DNA of 63,977 nucleotides, the filler included, from an uncultured bacterium (GTDB lineage: Bacteria; CAZSTA01), in NCBI GenBank assembly GCA_964609495.1. It is 3 parts of 3 records of this genome, joined end to end, with 100 filler letters (N's around TTAATTAATTAA, not from the genome) between each part and the next. Parts side by side here need not be neighbours in the genome. Positions count along the whole stretch, not along the records: positions 54,516 to 63,977 come from CAZSTA010000142.1; 2 more parts are not named here. One strand, written 5' to 3'. The position numbers and the translations under genes were made by a program. This document shows positions 60,057 through 63,977 of the stretch, in pieces (position 1 is the stretch's first letter; each line of letters starts with the position of its first letter). The notes under the pieces were generated by a model that was not told where the DNA came from, ran no database searches, and was given only the letters and a program-made list of their open reading frames with translations.

Positions 60057-62055
60057 TTATTCCTTAATATATAATATAACTTTCTTCTCCGTAGTCTGAG
60101 CAGGTTTTATCTCAACATCCTTTATCCACTTCTCTATACCACCATCTTCATACACGATCTTAACATCGTATCTTCCAACCTCGATCTCGAATTCCGCTCC
60201 TTCTCCCCAAGCCCAATCGGAAGCAATTTCCTCCTCAGTTCCAGCTTTATAAAGGGTAATATAAGCATCTTCAAAGGGATCACCATTTTGATCCCTGACG
60301 ATAACAACTAAATTCCCTTCTGATATATTAAAGGTGATCTTCTTCTCCGTAGTCTGAGCAGGTTTTATCTCCACTCCTCTCTCCCACTGCTCTCTATCTT
60401 TATACTCCAATTTGACATCATAAGTTCCCACTTGTAACTCGAATTCCGCTCCCTCCTCCCAAGCCCAATTAGAAGCAACTTCCTCCTCTTCCTCTCCTGC
60501 CCTATAAATCTTGATATAGATATCCTCCTCAGGACTACCATCAGCCTTGCGAACGATAACTAGGAGATCCCCCTCTGATATGCCAAAGGTGATCTTCTTC
60601 TCCGTAGTCTGAGCAGGTTTTATCTCCACTCCCCTCTCCCACTGCTCTCTATCTTTATACTCCAATTTGACATCATAAGTTCCCACCTGTAACTCGAATT
60701 CCGCTCCCTCCTCCCAAGCCCAATTAGAAGCAACTTCCTCCTNNNNNNNNNNNNNNNNNNNNNNNNNNNNNNNNNNNNNNNNNNNNNNNNNNNNNNNNNN
60801 NNNNNNNNNNNNNNNNNNNNNNNNNNNNNNNNNNNNNNNNNNCTTCCTCTCCTGCCCTATAAATCTTGATATAGATGTCCTCCTCGGGACTACCATCAGC
60901 CTTGCGAACGATAACTAGAAGATCCCCTTCTGATACATCCAAGATTATCTCCCTCTCAACTACCGCTCCATCCTCGATATTTATATCCCTTGCCCACTCT
61001 TCAACTCCTTTATACTCAATCTGAATATCATAATCTCCAGCAGGCAATGAGAATTCCACTCCTTGAGCCCGCGCCCAGTCCCATTGAACCCCATTTTCGG
61101 TCTCACCCGCCGGGAAGATATTTATAGTAGCCTCTTCCGCTGGTTGCCCATCCGCTTTTCTGACCTTAACTATGAGTTTCCCCTCTTCTACCGCCATAGT
61201 TATAGTCTTTTTTGTGACTCTATCTTCTTCAACCTTAACCTCATTTAGCCACTCCTCTAGCTCTCCATAGGTAGCTTTTACATCATATAAACCGGGCTCC
61301 AGGGCTAGGGAGATGTCTCCTACACCAATTCCTATAGGACTTTTAGTCTCTCCCAGAGGATATACTTCTACGGAGGCATCCAGTGGCTCGCCATTGGGCT
61401 TTGTAACATTTACAACTAAGTTTGTCTTTCTCTCCTCTGCGGCGGTGAAGAGCGCCATCTTTAACTCTTCAGCGTTCCTAGCTGGGAAGTAATTGCCTTC
61501 GGTAACCTCCGCTATGCAGGACAATTGCTTTCTCGCACTAGCCCCTACCGCAAAACCTACCGTATGGATCTTAACATCTATCCCAGACTTCTTCAACTTC
61601 TCAGCTACTGCGCAGGGATCTCCTCCACAGCTCTCCAATCCATCACTAACTAAGATGATGATATTCTCCTTCCCCACCTCGAAATCACCTGCGGCCTGCT
61701 CCAAAGAGTAGGCTATGGGCGTATAACCTCGGGGCTTTAATTCGTCTATCTTCCTTAGAAGAGCATCTTTGTCTATGGGACCAATAGGGATCAATAATTC
61801 CGTGTCCTGACAACCTTTGCCCGAATGCCCATAAGCTCGTAAGCCGATATTGACTCCCGAGGCGCTTTGTATGAAGTCCCTCAGCACCTCCTTAGCGATA
61901 TCGATCTTAGCTTTGCCCTCGATCTTATCCCACATACTTCCCGAGGCATCTAAGATCAACAAAATACTAGTCTCTTCTGCATAAACGCTTTGACCTGCAA
62001 GTATCCCTACCAGTATAGCAGTTAATATCGAAATGATTATTGCTTCTTTAGACAT
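60057..62055 (-). CDS. Secreted VWA-domain protein with tandem beta-sandwich repeats (one gene split by an assembly gap)
   Basis: Signal peptide, MIDAS DASGS..T..DG; removing the 100 N gives 1899 nt in one frame. Confidence 0.85.
60080..60935 (-). repeat. Intragenic tandem repeat, 255-258 bp (85-86 aa) units
   Basis: AAGGTGATCTTCTTCTCCGTAGTCTGAGCAGG at 60331 and 60586; related unit at 60083. Confidence 0.9.
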
Positions 62056-62088
62056 AAATTTACTCCTCCTGTTATCAGACTTCGATAA

Positions 62089-62128
62089 ATGGCTGGATAT
62101 TTCGAGCGAAAGTCTAATATCCAGCCAT
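62089..62128. terminator. Stem-loop between secreted-protein genes
   Basis: ATGGCTGGATATT/AATATCCAGCCAT 13-bp stem. Confidence 0.6.
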
Positions 62129-62152
62129 ATTTATTTTCCGAGATAAATGGAG

Positions 62153-62728
62153 CTATTCAGCTTCATACTGTATTAACTTGATCTCGGAGATCAGCTCTTC
62201 ATTTTCATCGTAGTTGGTCGTTCGTATAGGAAGAGCCAGGTCATCATTGACCACGATCTCTGTTCTCTCGAGAGAATCCGTACTAGCTCTAAATACCAGC
62301 AATATCCCCTCTATTCCCGCTACTGTCTCTCTTGCCTCAGCCCTAATTACCCCTCCTCCGGGAATCAGCAATCTATCGCCCACCTCAAATTCCTGATCTC
62401 CAAACATACCGAAAACCAGTGGGTTTAAGAACATCATCCAGGAGAAGGCCATAGGTTGAGCGAAGAAACCGGCGGCGATATCTTCCTGTTCAACGCCCGA
62501 CATCTCATATCCCAAAGACATATCGAAGGTCCCATCTCCCTTGGGTTTTATATCCAGACTGTAGATGAAAGATTCTCCATCCTGGGTGGTGACGCTATAA
62601 ACGTACTTCTCCGCTCTTCCGGAGAATTTATAAGGCTCCCAGGCAAAAGCAGGATAGACTGCTCCTAAGAGTAGCATACCTAAAGCCAAAGTTAAGATCA
62701 AAAGTTTTTTCCCTAGAATTTCCATCAT
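62153..62728 (-). CDS. Secreted hypothetical protein
   Basis: AGGAGG RBS, signal peptide ending AFA, acidic beta-rich body. Confidence 0.75.
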   Translation of the reverse strand: MMEILGKKLLILTLALGMLLLGAVYPAFAWEPYKFSGRAEKYVYSVTTQDGESFIYSLDIKPKGDGTFDMSLGYEMSGVEQEDIAAGFFAQPMAFSWMMFLNPLVFGMFGDQEFEVGDRLLIPGGGVIRAEARETVAGIEGILLVFRASTDSLERTEIVVNDDLALPIRTTNYDENEELISEIKLIQYEAE

Positions 62729-62793
62729 TTGCCTCCTTTAATTCAGTTTAAAATAGTATAGTTGCTAATTTTGACATCCCCTTATCTACAATC

Positions 62794-62822
62794 ATTATAA
62801 CATCTTTTTCAATAAACATCAA
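62794..62822 (-). promoter_or_regulatory. Promoter of the secreted-protein cluster
   Basis: Minus strand TTGATG-17 nt-TATAAT with extended TG. Confidence 0.6.
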
Positions 62823-62927
62823 GAATTTTCTTGTGGTCAATGAATGATAAAAGGGAGTCCAGAATTATCTGAACTCCCTATCTTAGTACACCTTACTCTA
62901 TAGTGCTGGCACGCTCGCGGTTAAGCT

Positions 62928-63797
62928 CTACATATATCCTCTCTTCTCCTTGAGCAACTCTAAAAATCTGGGATTTAGCAAGATAGACATTATCCTCTCT
63001 TTAAGCGATATCTCTGGTCGTAGCCCTTTGGCTGCGGGTAATCTCGCTGGAGGTTGAGGAGGTTTAGATATTCTCTCTTTGATCTCCCTTTTGCCTTTTT
63101 CAAACTTCTCAGGGGGAACACTCCTAAGCCTCTCTACTCCCTCTCTTAGCCTCTTCTCAACCTGCTCTCTCCTCTCCTCAGGAAGCTTTTCCAACATAGG
63201 GACGACCTTCTCTTGGAACATCTTTTCCAAAACCTCGGGAGAGGCCTCTTTGATCCCCTCAACAACTTTACCTATCTCGCGAAGAATGGGGAAAGCTTTG
63301 ATTTCTGGTCTCACTCTCTTTCTCGCTATCTCCTCCAGAGTTTTAATCTGCTCTAAGGTTAGAATCTCCTCGATATTGATCTCAAGCCTTCTTAAATCTA
63401 AGCGGGTTTGCCTCTCTATCTCCTGATGCTCACGATTTATCTCCTCTATCCCTTCCTTGAGATCGGGGTCAGGCTCCTCACCTCTTAGCAACATATCCTT
63501 TTGAGCTTGGAGTATCCCTTTGATCTCCTCTGCTCCTGCCTCTCTTTCTCGCTTCATATTCTCCCTTAGATCCTGAAAGAGTTGAAGGGTGCTGATCATC
63601 TTATCCATCTGCTCTGGGGTGAGATTCAGCTTGTTGATAACCTCTAGGAGCCCGATGTCACGACGAAGCTCCCGTAACTCCTTCACCACCTCCAAAGCCT
63701 CAGGTTCCTCTTGAGCAAAAGCTAAGGATGTTACTCCGACAACTAGGGTAATGATGATAAGAGTAGCGATTCTTATCCTCCACTTCACTATAACCAT
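62928..63797 (-). CDS. Secreted helical protein with Spy/CpxP-like LTxEQ motifs
   Basis: Signal peptide (AFA), LNLTPEQ and ILTLEQ, charged coiled coils; hairpin at 62853-62880 downstream. Confidence 0.65.
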   Translation of the reverse strand: MVIVKWRIRIATLIIITLVVGVTSLAFAQEEPEALEVVKELRELRRDIGLLEVINKLNLTPEQMDKMISTLQLFQDLRENMKREREAGAEEIKGILQAQKDMLLRGEEPDPDLKEGIEEINREHQEIERQTRLDLRRLEINIEEILTLEQIKTLEEIARKRVRPEIKAFPILREIGKVVEGIKEASPEVLEKMFQEKVVPMLEKLPEERREQVEKRLREGVERLRSVPPEKFEKGKREIKERISKPPQPPARLPAAKGLRPEISLKERIMSILLNPRFLELLKEKRGYM

Positions 63798-63922
63798 CTC
63801 CTCTCTTTGCTGATTAATGAACGAACCAGCTTATCCTTAACGATTTTTCATTAAGTTAGACGAGGAATAGGGGGAAAAATGTTTACCGTGATTCAGAAAT
63901 TTCTTTACAATGGACGCTTAAT

Positions 63923-63945
63923 GGAAGCATATAGAATCGGGGATC
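63923..63945 (+). mobile_element. MITE/IS terminus near window edge
   Basis: GGAAGCATATAGAATCGGGGATC matches MITE end consensus. Confidence 0.65.
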
Positions 63946-63977
63946 AAAAAGTCTTTACTTCGTAATGATTTCAGATC

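Noticed and set aside
60080-60935. Possible DGR template/variable repeat pair
   Set aside because: Repeats are in-frame tandem domains with few differences not restricted to adenines; no reverse transcriptase in the window.
1-63977. tRNA, rRNA or riboswitch genes
   Set aside because: No cloverleaf, rRNA-like or recognisable riboswitch sequence seen by eye in intergenic regions; an Rfam/tRNAscan run would be needed to exclude them.

Overview
Bacterial chromosomal sequence, most likely an anaerobe metagenome assembly with Bacillota-type gene order (rqcH divergent from yloC-remA-gmk-rpoZ; clpC-radA-yacL) and near-consensus sigma70/sigmaA promoters. It is at least three contigs joined by 100-nt N spacers containing TTAATTAATTAA (27903-28002, 54416-54515), plus a gap inside a tandem-repeat gene (60743-60842). 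Genes: two complete sugar ABC importers and an orphan permease, an M24-surE-sirtuin-macrodomain operon, three toxin-antitoxin loci (MntA/HepT pair, fused MNT-HEPN, VapBC), a small alarmone hydrolase, recD2, accC, hom-thrC, a surface-glycosylation cluster, folD-metV-metF-DUF3786, a PUA/EVE-like-DUF559 nuclease, a partial N6-adenine restriction-modification gene, and a cluster of secreted proteins (VWA-repeat, YdjY-like, prenyltransferase-like barrel, TPR). The strongest signals outside the ORF track are (i) a MITE family with GG(A/T)AGCATATAAA-type termini and exact 9-bp TA-N5-TA target duplications, (ii) a GC-rich two-hairpin REP-like repeat family, (iii) hidden gene remnants (ParA, MCP, a frameshifted secreted protein), and (iv) an MNT-HEPN fusion that retains an internal RBS and ATG. 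All family assignments are from motif recognition only; no database searches were run.
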